A stretch of 64,000 nt of DNA from Octopus vulgaris (taxonomy: Eukaryota): the NCBI GenBank assembly GCA_951406725.2, contig OX597835.1, positions 14,818,001 to 14,882,000 of the forward strand. Direction: 5' to 3'. Below are positions 63,860 to 64,000 of the stretch, piece after piece. Position numbers and translations under genes: made by a program. The notes under the pieces are model-generated. The model was not told where the DNA came from and did no database searches. It saw only the letters and a list, made by a program, of their open reading frames with translations. The first letter of the stretch is position 1; each line of letters opens with the position of its first letter.

Positions 63860-63950
63860 GGACGTACACGCGTTTCAGCAAAACATCGAAATAATTACAT
63901 AACAGTTGTATAAACATTATGTAATCTTGCACTCGAGTTCATCAGTGTCC
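63860..63950 (-). ncRNA. Type I hammerhead ribozyme motif with long stem II
   Basis: Minus strand: ggaca-CTGATGA-[~60 nt stem II incl. attacataa...ttatgtaat]-GAAA-C-GCGT-G-T-A|cgtcc. The core is canonical, with one mismatch at the stem I closing pair. Confidence 0.6.
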
Positions 63951-64000
63951 TGCAGTATATATTGGGGATTTTGATGAAACAGGTGTATGTTTTACGAAGC

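Overview
AT-rich, repeat-saturated eukaryotic genomic DNA, most likely from an octopus (inferred from the SINE families, (TA)n/(CA)n density and transposon mix; not verified by search). I find one host coding feature: a ~2.0 kb terminal exon on the minus strand (38276->36259). It encodes the C-terminal ~670 aa of a multi-pass membrane protein resembling Drosophila tincar and ends in a PDZ-type motif (-SQV). No upstream exon was recognisable, so 38277-64000 is probably intron. The rest is mostly mobile DNA: four tRNA-headed SINE families (called A-D here), CR1/L2-like and RTE-like LINE 3' ends, a decayed full-length mellifera-like mariner, a DD41D Tc1/mariner deletion derivative, mariner and hAT-like MITEs, Helitron/Helentron derivatives, Penelope-like ends, and large compound microsatellites. 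Nearly all ORFs in the supplied track are artefacts of these repeats. Most notable observations: (1) type I hammerhead-ribozyme folds in Penelope-like ends, one paired with an inverted core-mutated copy (19.9-20.1 kb) and one sense to the host gene's presumed intron (63.9 kb); (2) a 3' stem-loop shared, with compensatory changes, between SINE family A and two LINE-like ends; (3) a recurring fixed tandem junction in SINE family B; (4) a local duplication that preserves both the empty and filled site of a retro-insertion.
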